From positions 35,402,001 through 35,466,000 of the forward strand of contig NC_135656.1 in NCBI RefSeq assembly GCF_964188315.1: a DNA stretch of 64,000 bases, read 5' to 3'. The notes under the pieces are model-generated. The model worked only from the letters and a program-made list of their open reading frames with translations, was not told the DNA's origin and searched no databases. This DNA comes from Podarcis muralis. Taxonomy: Eukaryota. The first letter of the stretch is position 1; each line of letters opens with the position of its first letter. The translations under genes and the position numbers were made by a program. Positions 13,590-26,460 of the stretch are shown here, piece by piece.

Positions 13590-14600
13590 AGAAGGATTTG
13601 GGGAATCGCGGGGCGCGGAGGACACTCCGAATTTGATAACGAATCAAATTACCACCGCCAGGTAGTAGCTGCACACAGAGGAGGAGGAGGAGGAGGAGGC
13701 GCGCCCACCATCCCACTAAACCCCCACCTCCCGGGTCCAGAATGGCAGCAGCAGCCGCCGCCGCCGCTCTTCCGACCCACCCAAAGCGGCTCCTCTCACC
13801 GATCTCCTTGCGGCGCCGGGTCCGCTCCGCGCCTCCGTCCAAGACGTTGGTGAGCTTCTCCGTGTCGAAGGAAGCCCCCTCGCGCTCTTTGCGCAGGTCC
13901 GGGTTCATGGTCGTCGTCGTCGCCGCCATGGCGAAGGTTGCGCTCCTGTGCGCTCTGACGCCAGCAGACTAAGGGAGGTGGCAGACGGCGAGGGAAGAAG
14001 AAGAGCTACTAACGCGGCGGCGGCGACGGCGGCGGGTAAAGAAAGGCTGGCGGCAAAAGCTTCCGGACGGGGCAACCCCGCCACGCCCACCCGGCCGGCA
14101 CGTGACGCAGGCGGATTTCCACCCCGGGCGTGCGGCCTTCCGGGCCACGTGACGCTGGGAGGCGTGGCCTCGCGCTTCAGCCCTCCTTCTGGTAGGCGGG
14201 GCTTATGGAGCGAGACGGACGCTGGTTTCTGCTGCGCGGGCGGCGGTGGTCGGTTTCAGTATCCAATGAGGAGGAGGAGGCGGGAAAGGAAACGAGAGCG
14301 GGAACTCCCTGCGCTTTGGAAGCGATTGTGGATGTAGCTGCTCCTCCTCTTCCTCCTCACTAATAGGTGCCTTAGCTGCGATGGGGAAACCAAGGGTGGC
14401 TTAAGGTTGCCCGCCCACTGATTTGTGGCTGAGGGCACATTGGCTTCACGTGGCTGCGCGGCAGAAACTCTGCGGCATAGGAGGGAATTCTGGACAGGCT
14501 GTCTCTAGTTGGGTGTTAGGAGGATATAAACAAGGGTTTCGATTGCTGCTTTGCAGGTAGTTTGCTTGTGGTGCTTCGGAAATTCCCGGTCGTCGCGCCT
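13590..14600. promoter_or_regulatory. CpG island / bidirectional ACOX1-TEN1 promoter
   Basis: Abrupt GC- and CpG-rich segment between divergent genes; CACGTGAC at 14099 and 14146, CTTCCGG near 14060 and 14138, CCAAT at 14263, ATTGG near 14440; exact TSSs not determinable. Confidence 0.85.
13800..13929 (-). CDS. ACOX1: ACOX1 coding exon 1 (peroxisomal acyl-CoA oxidase 1)
   Basis: Translates [43 protein letters not shown], matching the ACOX1 N-terminus; gccATGg start, donor G|GTGAG, phase 1. Confidence 0.96.
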
Positions 14601-14800
14601 GCCCTGTGCAACGCCCTCCCATCAGATACCAAGGAAATAAACATCTGTCTGAATTTTGGAAGACATCTGAAGGTGGCCCTGTACCAGGGAGGTTTTTCAT
14701 GTTTGAGGGTTTTTGTTGTGTTTGAATACTTTGTTGGAAGCCGCCTAAAGTGCCTGAGGCAACCCAGTCAGATCGCTGGCATATGGATAATAAAAAAAAA
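14565..14800 (+). mobile_element. L2 LINE 3' end at the edge of the CpG island
   Basis: VVAPALCNALPSDTKEI...FGRHLKVALY followed by the L2 3'UTR (gttggaagccgcc). Confidence 0.7.
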
Positions 14801-15105
14801 ATATTGTTACTGGACGACCCCCCTTCTCCATATTCAAGATTTCCATTGTCTCTTTGCTTCAAAAACATTAAGTGGGGAGGGGGCCCAGCTAAATTTAAAT
14901 TCATTTATTAGACTTATTGGGATGGGTGTGGTTAAAATTTCATGGAGAACGAATGGAATGCATGCCTTGACATAAAGAAGTCTGTTTTCCTAGTAAACAT
15001 TTAATCAAAAATTGACTTTGCATATTGATTTGGAAGGGGCTGGAGGATGCCCTGTTGTGGGATATTCAAAAAATAAATAATAGTCTGTATTTGATGATAT
15101 AATAT

Positions 15106-15235
15106 ATAATAAGAAGAATAATTTATTATTTATACCCTGCCCATCTGGCTGAGTTTCCCCAGCCACTCTGGGCGGCTCCCAATCGAATGTTAAAAAAAAA
15201 ATACAGCATTAAATATTAAAAACTTCCCTAAACAG
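15106..15235 (-). mobile_element. L2 extreme 3' end
   Basis: tttataccctgcccatctggctgagtttccccagccactctgggcggc, same family as 20-297. Confidence 0.75.
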
Positions 15236-15689
15236 TATATAATATAATACTGTATGTGACACTTTCTTGTGCAGTGGCATCTGAAGAGTGAGATGCTGTA
15301 AGATAAAGGTATGGTAGATAGCAATCCTATCATCAGATCTGTAAAATAGTAATAGCTACCTGCCCTTACAGCGGAGATGCGGAACCTGTGGACCTTCAGT
15401 TGATGCTGGGCTACAACTCCCATCTTCCCTATTCCAATGGCCAAGCTGGCTGGGTACCTTGCAAAGTACTTAAAATGAGGTTATTATCATGAACAAAATA
15501 GGTAGTAGTCTATTAGAATTGATTTGAGCATAATTAAAGAAGCCTGCCAACTGAAAAAGTAACACCTGCTGTTGCATAGTAGGGGAATCCAATTACCTTG
15601 AAGCCTTGAAGCGGAAAGATAATCTTTTAAATACTCACTTCATTTTTTTGTCTGACTGTAGGGTCTGTTCTCAAGAACAGTTGCGCAAA

Positions 15690-15778
15690 ATGCTGCCGGA
15701 TGCTGGGACATATCACTTTCCTTGGGAAATCAACTCTGCATTGATCCCAGAAGGGAAGACCCTGAGAACCTTTGGCAG
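15690..15778 (+). CDS. TEN1: TEN1 first coding exon (CST complex subunit)
   Basis: MLPDAGTYHFPWEINSALIPEGKTLRTFG(R), resembling the TEN1 N-terminus; upstream acceptor ctgtag at 15661, donor AG|GTCAGT. Confidence 0.93.
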
Positions 15779-17539
15779 GTCAGTGTAATTCCTTTCGACC
15801 TTAAGATTTTTGTTTCTTTTGCTCATCCTATCTAACATTACTACTGCTACTCTTTTTGTCTCTTATTTTCCTTCTGATTCCTTCCTTTAGATTTCATAAA
15901 AGAACCAAATTCATAAATAACCAAATGCCACATGTAAGAGAAAGCATAATGAGTTTGATTTCTTCCCCCCTACCCTGCACATCTGTGAAAAAAACTTGTT
16001 TTGTTTCCTGTCTCCTGTTTACTATATCTGTAACGATTAAGCCCAACCTCAAGATCAGCAGGATAGAGCGGGTTAGGACTGTGTGGAAGTGCCCCTCTGC
16101 TGGTGAGGAAGGCCTATGCTGGTGTTGGGGTGTGGTGGTTGTGGGGAGACATCCGCAATCCAGGCCACTGCTAGCTCTACTGGTGGTGGGAGCTAGTGGT
16201 AGTCCATAAAATGCAGTTTTGGGGACTTAGATGTGTGAGATGCTGGTTTCCTTGGATTTACTGGAGCATGTGTGGGGAGTGGAGCTCTCTAAAAAAGACA
16301 ACCCAAAAGAGGTACATCTGCTCCCCACACCTCCTGCCCTAGATGGTACAAACTGGCAGGGATTGGGAAGTGGCAGATCATTATTGTTATCATGTTATTG
16401 TTGTAAACTGCCTTGAGATTTATTTTTAAATGAAAAGTGGTATAGAAATGATTTTAAATAAAATGAATCACCTACCACTTCACTCTTCACCCCTTCCTAC
16501 TTAGGACTGGACTCTCATCTGTTGCATAGTGTCCTTGTTAGTTTATTAATCCATGTGTTGCACCACCATTAGATGTTGTAAAGTATTTGTTGTCATTGTT
16601 TTAGTAACATAGTTTTTATTCCTCTTCACTTTTTAACTTTTTAACATGGTTGCATTGTTTACATTGGAGGATATGATGCGCAGCAATGATATAAAATTTA
16701 AAATAAAACAACGATAAACACTCAGATAAACATTTCTGAATAGATTAACAAAGTTATGTCAAAGTATATATGCCAAAATTATTACAATTATTACAGATAT
16801 GAAATTATGTCTAGCAACATTTATTGCTTTTTTGACCCTTAGTAAGAGGTATTTTGTATCAATAACAATTATAATTTGTAGGAAGGGGGAGGGGAAAATT
16901 AAAATGTGTACTTCATGCATGCTAGGCTCTACTGTAATCTATAGGTACTGTTCCGCCGTATGCCTCATTATTTGTGTAATCCATAATGTCACATGTAAAA
17001 TATTCATTTTTATTTTTCTGGCACAGAGATGAATATGTGAGTTAAAAGAAAGAAACATTAGGCTAACATTGAGTTAATAATCCTAAATGTCATATTGTAT
17101 GTGTTTTGAGCTCAGGCACTCATTCAGTATAGCATTATTAGACATTCTTAGCTGAGGAAAAAAACTTTGAAATCAGTTATTTATTTTCAGTTAACTGGGT
17201 GGTGTTCAAAGAAGTTTTACTTAGAGTCAACCCACTGAAATTAATAAGCACAACTAAATTATATTCATTGATTTAAATGGGTCTCTGAGTAAAACCTAGC
17301 TGAACACTACCCAATGTCTTTAGCATTGGGAAGCAGATATAGGTAGATCTAATTTCTCTATATTTGAATACATTATTTGATTATTTAATTTCTGTACTAC
17401 TTAATGTATTAAAAATATCTCTAAGCAGTGTACAAAAAACTGAAGTAACAACGGACAACTTGAAACAAAATCATTCTGCGCATGATTTCCACATGCTTTA
17501 TTATCAACATTATTTGAGACCCAAGTTTTTGTTTTTCAG

Positions 17540-17697
17540 GCTACACTCCTATGATGTGGTCAGCTCCCAAGCCATCTTAACAGCTCAGCACACTTCAGTT
17601 CAGTACTGTATCCAAGTTTGCACCAAGTTTGTGGAACCATTCCAAGCCCAGCTTGGGGCTCTGTATATTGTACTGGGGGAAACCGAACATAAAGAGG
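17540..17697 (+). CDS. TEN1: TEN1 second coding exon (158 nt)
   Basis: RLHSYDVVSSQAILTAQHTSVQYCIQVCTKFVEPFQAQLGALYIVLGETEHKE; acceptor gtttttcag, donor G|GTAAG; phase consistent. Confidence 0.94.
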
Positions 17698-18944
17698 GTA
17701 AGAACACCTGTATTTTTTTCTATCCGTGAAACCAGGAATAGTCTAGATCCTGGCCTGGTGGACCAACCTTTATCTCCTCCACCCCAGTGAGCCAACTTTG
17801 ACAGGTGGGCAGGACCACCCGCCTGCTAGTCATCAGGCATTATATTGATGATGGGTGAGTTGTCCCAGCCACTTGCCAAAAGTTGGCCCACCAGGGGCGG
17901 GAGGAGATCCTGCACAAAGCAGGATTGAACTCCCCACACAGCAGTTAATATGCGGGGAGTTCAATCCTGCTTTGTGCAGCTGCTTCTCTACCTGGCCCAC
18001 ACCTGTAGTCACATATGGCATCAAGTATGGGGCAGGTAGGTGTGGATTCAGAGAAAAAGCCTTGCATGTTTGGCCTGTGGCTGGAGGTTCCTCATCCTTG
18101 GTCTAGAAGGTAAAATAAATAGTCTTGGGAATAGGGACCCTGATCTTCTGATGCAACCCTTTTGCATGAAAGAAAAATAAAACTAGCAGTGGTTTAAGTT
18201 AGTGCCTAATCACTCCTGTTGGTGTTTCCTTTTCATTCTCTGGAACTGTCACCTAGGGATAACACTGATTTTCTAATCATGCTAGCCCTGTGCTGCAATC
18301 CAACTTGTTTGGTGCAGCCTGGCTTCTTGTAATTTTATGCAAAGGTGGCAACGTTTGTTCCTAGACTCTCTTAGCATATGGAAAACACCTTTGACCTGAT
18401 TGTATAACACAGAAACTTTAAGCTGCTTGTGTACCCTTATTAAAAGTTGCATTACCTAACCCTGAGATTTGAAATGTTGACTTATGCTACAGTGGTAGTG
18501 AATATTGTGTGGGAGGCACTAGGGCTAGTGCACGTACGTTTAAGCCTCTGGGTGTGGAGGAAAGAAGAATCATGTCCTTATTTTCAACCACACTGAGGAC
18601 ACAGATTCAATCCCCCCCCCCCCCAAGTGCATTTGAAGGTGTTCATGCAGTACTGATTGCTTACATCTGTCAAAGACTTCCACCTGTTTTGATGGCCGTA
18701 TGCAGTGGGTGGCCTCTGTTAGAACATAAAAGGAGCCTGCTGCATTAGGCCAATGGCCTATCTAGTCCAGCATCCTGTTCTCACAATGGTTCTCCAGATG
18801 TTATTGGACTACAGCTCCCACCAGCTATGAGCATTGTCCATGTTGGCTGGGACTGATAGGAGTCCAACAACATCTGGGGGCACCATCTTGGCTAACATCC
18901 ATGTATGTCTGTGGTACTACTGTTGTCAGTCTAGCTAGCTTTCC

Positions 18945-19295
18945 TAAACGGCCTCAGTCTAGTATACCTGAAGGAGCGTCTCCACCCCCATCGTTCTGCC
19001 CAAACACTGAGGTCCAGTACCGAGGGCCTTCTGACGGTTCCCTCGCTGCAAGAAGCCAAGTTACAGGGAACCAGGCATAGGGCCTTCTCGATAGTGGCAC
19101 CCGCCCTGTGGAATGCCCTCCCACCAGATGTCAAAGAGAAAAACAACTACCAGACTTTTAGAAGACATATGAAGGCAGCCCTGTTTAGGGAAGCTTTTAA
19201 TGTTTAATAGGTTATTGTATTTTAATATTCCGTTGGAAGCCACCCAGAATGGCTGGAGAAACCCAGCCAGATGGTCAGGGTATAAATAATAAATT
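18945..19295 (+). mobile_element. L2 LINE 3' end
   Basis: LNGLSLVYLKERLHPH...HRAFSIVAPALWNALPPDVKEKNNYQTFRRHMKAALFREAFNV*, then 3'UTR and tail. Confidence 0.85.
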
Positions 19296-19296
19296 A

Positions 19297-19700
19297 GGTG
19301 TACCATGGCGTCTCTTCTTTCTGCGCTCCTCCCAGCAGACATTCCTCTTCTGGTCACTGCTGCAGATACACAAGCTAGCTTGATTGTCTCCAGGACTGTG
19401 GTCATCTGCAAAGGATTCCCACACGATGGGGTTAATGTTGCCAGCCTTCATGCTACACTTGCCAACATCTTTGTATCACAGAGTTGGTCTGCCAACGGGC
19501 CTGGTGTCTGAAGCCAGCTCCCTATGGAGAACATTATTGGGATCCTGCCATCTTCTATTCTGTGGATATGACCAGCATAGACGTTGCTGAGACAGAGGTG
19601 CAAATATGCTGGGAATGTGGGGTTGGAAGAGCACATGTTTGTTTGAGACTCTGCCCTGCCATGTGATGTCCTGCTTCTTCACTGAAAAGCATTGCTGAGG
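19297..19700 (-). mobile_element. RTE-clade LINE fragment (TEN1 intron)
   Basis: Frameshifted minus translation IPSIFAPLSQQRL...GHIHRIEDGRIP...LHRELASDTRPVGRPTL, typical of the RTE ORF C-terminal region. Confidence 0.75.
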
Positions 19701-20940
19701 GGGCAGATTATAGAGGAGAATTATGGGGCAGGAGGATGCAGCCTCCCCTCATTTGGTGCTTTGCCCTTGCAAAACCACAAATACACAAATTTCAGATTCT
19801 TTTACAAACATGCTTTTGGAACTTTGCTGGGATAATAGTGGCTATGGGGATGGAAGAAGGAAGGTGAAAGGGGTGGGCAGGGGAACAGTTAAACACTCTT
19901 CCTGCAAACGGCTTATTCCCAATATTGTTTTCCTGTGTAAAAGCAGTAGCTGGGAGCTGAGATAAGCAATTAGCTAGCAAAACGACGTTCCAACGAGAGT
20001 GCTTGGAAAATATTATATTCCTGCAAGAAAAGGATTGCCTTCAGGGAGGACTTTTGAATTCTCTTCAGCAAAGGGATAACTATACATTTTGTGTCTAGGA
20101 GAGCTCCTGTTATAGTGTGGGTATTCCTTGGCACCCAAATACCAGCATTTCTTCGGCGCCAGTTGTATATTTTAGGAGACCTTAACCCCTGGCACCAATT
20201 AGCCTATTAGCTGACATGATCTGCAGATGGATCGTTTGGGATCCTAAATAATTAAGTAGGTTTCTGGGTGAAATGTCAAATGTGACTAGATGACAACACC
20301 TTATTGTACCAAGTAATAATTATGATAATCACTCATAATTTGAGCACTTCTTAGTTGCACACTGAGATACAGGAGACATGTGACTTATTATTAGGTTTTC
20401 TGAAATCTACTGTGCCTTTGTACTTGTGGGTATTCGAACTCAGTTTACAGACAAGTAGGTACTCTGGAATTAATCCGAATCGGTTGATGGGGGGGGGGGG
20501 AATTGAACAGACAAAAGTCACTGTTTGGAATATTACATGTGAAGCTGAATTTCAAATTAGAAATGGCTTCTAGGACTTGACTGCTCTGAATCCCATGACC
20601 TATAAAATAGACATACGGTTACCCTCCATCTCTTTCCACTTCAGTGATTTTTAGCCAACTATTTCCCATATGTCATATTTAGCAAAGCACAGTGAAAATG
20701 TGACCTGCTTAATTTCAGTTTTCAGCAGGACCTGTTTTAAATATGACCTATAGTCCACTTCTAGATTTTTGCACCAGCCTATCGTTGTGTGCTGGTGTAA
20801 AGTTGCAGTAGCATTCTGCATTCTAAGCATTTGTCAGCATACTGCAGTTGCAAGACTGCATTATTGACCATGACGGAGCTTACATAGATTCTTTAAAAAA
20901 GTTGCCACATTTCTGACGACTTTAATTTTTATATTTACAG

Positions 20941-21077
20941 GTAATGAGATGGTGATAAAGGCCCGTGTGCTTACATGTGTGGAAGGAATAAACCTTCAGT
21001 TGCTGGAGAAGGCCATAACGGAACAGAGAAAATATTTCCAGGAGCGAGAGAAGCAGCTGGAAGGAAATGCCTCCTAG
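20941..21077 (+). CDS. TEN1: TEN1 last coding exon
   Basis: GNEMVIKARVLTCVEGINLQLLEKAITEQRKYFQEREKQLEGNAS*; acceptor atatttacag; joined CDS 384 nt = 127 aa. Confidence 0.94.
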
Positions 21078-21478
21078 TGCTCTCTGCATTAGGAGAGGAC
21101 TTATTACTGAACATAATTAGTGCTATACTGAATAGGGCCAGCTTATCATTTTCCTTCACTCTAGTACCATTTTGTAATACTGTCTTAAAATTGTACTGCC
21201 TGCTATTGCCTTAAGATGACCCCCCCAAAAAAATATTTTTAATGTTCAGAGGGAGAAAGTATGCCCCTGGTGTTCTAGAACTGCTTCACATATTACACTA
21301 GGATATGCAGAAGTTGCCACAGTGTTTTGAAAGCCATTTAAACAATGCAAAATGCAAAGGGTTAATACATGCATACTAGTTTGGAAGCTGTTTATTACGA
21401 CTGTATTTTGAAATAATGAAAACAGCCATTAAGTTTACAGCAGCTGGATTTTAAATACTCTTTGGTTTTTTGTTTAAT

Positions 21479-21484
21479 AATAAA
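21479..21484 (+). terminator. TEN1: Candidate TEN1 polyadenylation signal
   Basis: First AATAAA downstream of the TEN1 stop codon. Confidence 0.5.
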
Positions 21485-22564
21485 ATTTAAAGTTGATAGT
21501 GTTTAAATGCCCATTCTTCTTTTGCTTTTGTGACAGGGCCACAAAGCAGCCTTGATTATGTTAAGTTGCTCATTTTTCAGTCCTCTGTGGCCAGTCTTCA
21601 AGTCCCAGGCTTTATAGATACTGTGAGAAAACTGGTTGGTTAGCAGCATTCCTAGATTGACTAGTACTTACTTGGCTATTTATTTGTGTGCTTCCTGACA
21701 ACCTGTAGCACTCAGCCTTATTATATGCAACCCTTAGCCTAATTTCAAAATCCTTCTGCTACGAAACAGCTTTGACCTCCAGCAAGAGTGATCTGTACTT
21801 CCTGCAGCAGCTGGGTGGACAGGGAGGAAGGAGAGAGAGAGTGAGAAAGAGAAGGGATGGCAGAAAGAGAGAGAAAACAGGTGGCTATGTCCACATTTGG
21901 TCCTGCCATTGGTCAACTTAATCTGAGGGAATGCAGTCCTCAACAACAACAAAGTTTTGCACCTCTACTGGGGTGGGGGGTGGGGAGAGACAGTGAATGG
22001 ATGTTGATTAATATCTGTTGAGGGCTTTTCTGGATCCTTTCTCCACCAGAGAGAAATATTACAATACTACAAGATATTAATATTACAAAATCATGACAGG
22101 TTATATTTCTATATTACCTATTGGGAGCTCAGATTCTTAAACGTCCATTATGGCTTCACCTTAATACTAGATTACTGAAAGTTGTGTCATAGCCATTATC
22201 ATGCTCAACTGAGATTTATATTGAAAATGAGGTGTGTCCCCACCCCCATAGTTACTTTGCATGGTTCTTGACTGAGATTTCTACTCCAAAGAGTTAATGA
22301 TCGAAGTTAATTTCTGCATTAGAATTCATAGAAACAAGAAGTGTTTCTATGTTCTAATTATGTTTGTATCAATCTCAGCTGTTAAGATCTATGGGAGGGG
22401 TTCTAATGTGGGAGTCATCTTCTTGTGAAATAATATCTTTCAGAGAAAGGAGCAGAGGCTGACCTTTAGCAGAGTGCCCATAATGATATCTCATACGAAG
22501 ATAGCAGACATTTGCCTTCTAGAAAATAGTCCTGACTGTCTCCTAACTCAGATGAATACTGAAC

Positions 22565-22826
22565 TCACAATAATAGTAATAATAATAATTTATTATTTAT
22601 ACCCCGCCCATCTGGCTGGGCTTCCCCAGCCACTCTGGGCGGCTTCCAAAAGAATATTAAAATACTATAATACATCAAACATTAAAAGCTTCCCGAAACA
22701 GGGCTGCCTTCAGATGTCTTCTAAAAGCCTGGTAGTTGTTGTTCTCTTTGACATCTGGTGCGAGGGTGTTCCACAGGGAAGGCGCCACTACCGAGAAGAC
22801 CCTCTGCCTGGTTCCCTGTAACTTGG
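22565..22826 (-). mobile_element. L2 LINE 3' end
   Basis: Same family as 20-297 and 18945-19295, with (aat)n tail. Confidence 0.8.
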
Positions 22827-24599
22827 CTGGTAAGAAGTGCCATGCCTACTTATAAAAATGTGTTGAAGAGATATTAAAAATCCACCCATGTGCCATTTCT
22901 TCCTAGTTAACACACTTTTGAGAACTCAGCATCAAACTGTTCGCTCTGTGCAATGACCTTAACCACCATGTTCACTGTAGTGTCAGAAACAGACCACCAC
23001 CATCCCAAATTAAAAATTAAGACATGTTCTTGAAATGATGAGGATCGCAACTTTTTTGTAAGTGTAAAATGGTGCTTCTCCATATGTGGATAAGCATATT
23101 CGTTTGCATATTGATAATAATTGCAAGACTTTTAACATTGTTTAAAGGCTGGGGGTGAGGTAGGAGAAATGTGTTATTCATCCTATACTTGAAGAATGGT
23201 TACATACTTTTTCTAGCTCTAAATACTGCCTAACTAAAACTAGCAGAATCTGTTTGGCTAGACACCACAGCCATATTAAGGTTTCAGAGAATGCAAAGGC
23301 TGAGGATGATTGACCACTGTGGTCTTCCAGGTCTTGTTGGGGTCCTCTTTCCATCAGCCCCAGCCAGCATGGCCAATGGTCAGGAAGTATGGGAGTTATA
23401 GTCCATGAATTATGGGAGTTGTAATACAACTAACCTGTGAAAGACCACAGGTTAGCTTTCCACTGGCAAAGGAGAATAAAGTGTTTCAGGGTAGTGAATG
23501 CCAGCCTTTTCCCCAATGTCAGCAACCCCACTAGCTCCTCTCCTGAACTTTGAATGTTGGATAGGAAAGTCTGAAAGGGGATTTTGAATGTGTTTGGCTG
23601 GATATACTTAGAATCTTCCTCACAATTGGGAACCCTGATACACATGGTTTCCAAGCACGGAGAGGCTGAACCCATGAAGTATCCTATCAAAATACTGGTT
23701 TTGATGTGCAAAAGTTGGGGTGGAGCCAGCAGGGATGGGAATTTGGGCTGCAGGGCTACTGCGTGCCCACTTTATCCTTCCTTGCGTTCTTTGAATATCC
23801 AAATATTATTTATTTACTGTATTTGATATTTGCATCTGTTAGTCTCACTACATAACAGAAGTCCTCTGGGGCTCACGAGTGCTTCAGTGCTATCACCAAG
23901 TCTCTGAAGAAAACATAGCCTGTGAGCAAAGAAAAACTTGCCCAAATTAAGTAATTTTGATCATTTCCCCCTTGCAAGAAATTTTAAAAGCAGGGCCAAA
24001 GTCTAGCCTGCAGTTATTGCTCCTGTCAACTTCCTACAATATATATCCCTGTTGGAAGGGATGCAGAAACTGTGAGTATACTAGTCAAACAGCACCAAAA
24101 GAGATCTCTGTGTGTGTTTTCTTATATTTGGTAACATTTGCATTTTTGCATTTGAACATCTCCCTCTAGTGGGCAAAAGCCACTTTAGTGGTGGTGTGAG
24201 GTGAATTTTGACCCCTTGGAAACACTGTAGTTCAGTAGGAGGGAAGGTATGGAGGCAAATGGAAGACTAGATGAGCAGGTGGGAAGCATTCTGAGGAGCC
24301 GAGAGCTTTAATTTTCCCGTTAGATGATCACATTAGTAATTTGTGAGTCGCGTGGGAACGGGGGTGGCTTAGTGAGTACTGTAGTTCTTGGGTGTCAGGG
24401 CAGGCCTGGGCCCAAGGCCTTCCTCAAATATGACAACGTGCAGTAAGTCTCTTCCATTTAACAATGCCGTGTTCTTGAACATCGCATGTAAAGAAGGATT
24501 CTTATTCAGAATATTCCCAACACCCCCCCCTTAAGTCAAGAAATATTTTGATTAACCTTGTTGGAGGGACAAGAATATTCCCTATATCTGCAGTTACCC

Positions 24600-24720
24600 T
24601 AGAAAACATTGTGGCTGTGGATCCCATAATGCAATTATGCATTGTGTAAAGAATCCCTTCCTCTTGCCTGTCCTGGCTCTATTGCCAATCTGCTCCAGAG
24701 AGTGAAAAATGTGCCATTTG
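24600..24720 (-). mobile_element. CR1 ORF2 C-terminal remnant
   Basis: Minus translation GNRARTGKRKGFFTQCIIALWDPQP resembles CR1 ORF2 end G-RFRT-KRK-FFTQR-V-LWNSLP. Confidence 0.6.
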
Positions 24721-25250
24721 CCTACGTTTTCTGCTCCACTCATACAAAACCTGTACTTAATTTTGCAGCTGAGGCAAACAAACAAGGCCTGTGGGGTGTA
24801 GTTGATAAAGTTTGACTGGGAAAGTCAGGGGCACGTCTTTCGCTATGAAACAAAACACCCTTTGAGGCTCATCTGCTTCATAGGATCTTGTTGTGAGCCC
24901 AAAATACCACCCTGAACTCCTTGAAGGAAAGGCAGGATCCCAATAAGGCATCATCCATTATGTGGGGATGCGTATTGTGTTTCTTGGCCCTGGGGCTGGG
25001 CTGTCATAGCACAAAGGGAACAGTAAATGTCATTGTAATCGCCAGGCACCTTCAGTTAACTTAAGTAGCTCAATGTATTGGAGAATATGAGAGTAGTCCA
25101 TTTGAAAGGGATTATTAAAGATGTTACTTAAGCATTATGCTTATTTGTTTAAATGGATTATTATTACTTTTCAGGGATAGGGTGAATGGAAGAATGGAAA
25201 CATGCAAAATGCTATGATGTATAGAGATGACCAGATAGTACTACTCCTAA

Positions 25251-25421
<171 letters not shown>

Positions 25422-26140
25422 TAAGTACCTAGTTCACTAACTTTCCCCTGAATTGGCTACTCTTAAAACTCATGAAATGGTTTTCTGATAGCATTTATGT
25501 TTTGAGTTTTAATACATTGCAAATTGTGGAATTTGAGAGATATCATGTGGAAAACCATGGGCAGAATTTATTCATATAAGGGTCAGTTCCAAATAGGGTC
25601 CAGCTGTTAATGTAAAGTATACTTTCTGTAACAGTAGAATTGCAAGCACCTTAAGCATGGAGACTAATGGCTGATTTAGTCATTAAATATGACAATGGAG
25701 ACACATGAATGTATCTGTCCCTTTTAAAATTTTGTGCAGATATGCTTTTCTTGTTGAAGCAACTATCAGAATTGAAGGGGGTGGAGAAAAGACTTATAGT
25801 CTTTGAGGAGAAAGGCCATCTCCTTAATTTTATATTTTAGTCGTTGTAGTTCAACCTGTGTAGAAGAGCCTTACTCAGAATGCACTGAGATTATCATATC
25901 TCATTCCTTACTTGTTCACATATGTTATGCTTGCTGTTGCTAAAATATTAACCTTATACCTGTGTAGTTTTCCACATTTTCTCTTTTTTGTGATTGATGG
26001 GACACCCTTTTCCCTCCCTGCTTTGGCAGACAAGCTCTATGAACATTCCCCTAGAGAAGATATGTGAGTGGAAATAATCACTGATGCCCAGTAAAGCAGA
26101 AAGAATTGGATTGTTTGATACCAAATCCCTTTCTTCACAG

Positions 26141-26218
26141 GGAGACGGAAGGAGTTCCCAGTACAGCAATTCGAGAAATCTCCCTGCTGAAAGAATTGAA
26201 ACATCCAAACATAGTGAG
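26141..26218 (+). CDS. CDK3: CDK3 coding exon 2 (78 nt, PSTAIRE)
   Basis: [25 protein letters not shown]; ttcttcacag acceptor, AG|GTAAG donor. Confidence 0.96.
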
Positions 26219-26460
26219 GTAAGAAAAAGTCTAGACTTTGTGTCTGTGTAGATGTGAGCTGTTCTTTTTAAAAAATTGTTTTTTATTAAGTTTTCCATTT
26301 AACAATCCAATTATATCACATTGATTATTCCAAATTATACCAATACATAGCATAAAGTCCAAATATTTTGCCAAATTATAATTTTTTGTAGGGGGTTCCC
26401 CTGCTTCTAGTTCAGTAAGGGTTCAGTAAGGGTCCAGTCATCTCATATCTCTGCTGCTTT

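Noticed and set aside
13473-14438. Overlapping 60-147-aa ORFs in the CpG island
   Set aside because: Expected in GC-rich, stop-poor DNA; only the ACOX1 exon 1 part has homology and splice support
18385-18397. DR1-like ACACCT-T-TGACCT as the ACOX1 PPAR response element
   Set aside because: One half-site has two mismatches, it is about 4.4 kb from the ACOX1 start, and such matches are common; I did not see the classic TGACCTTTGTCCT element
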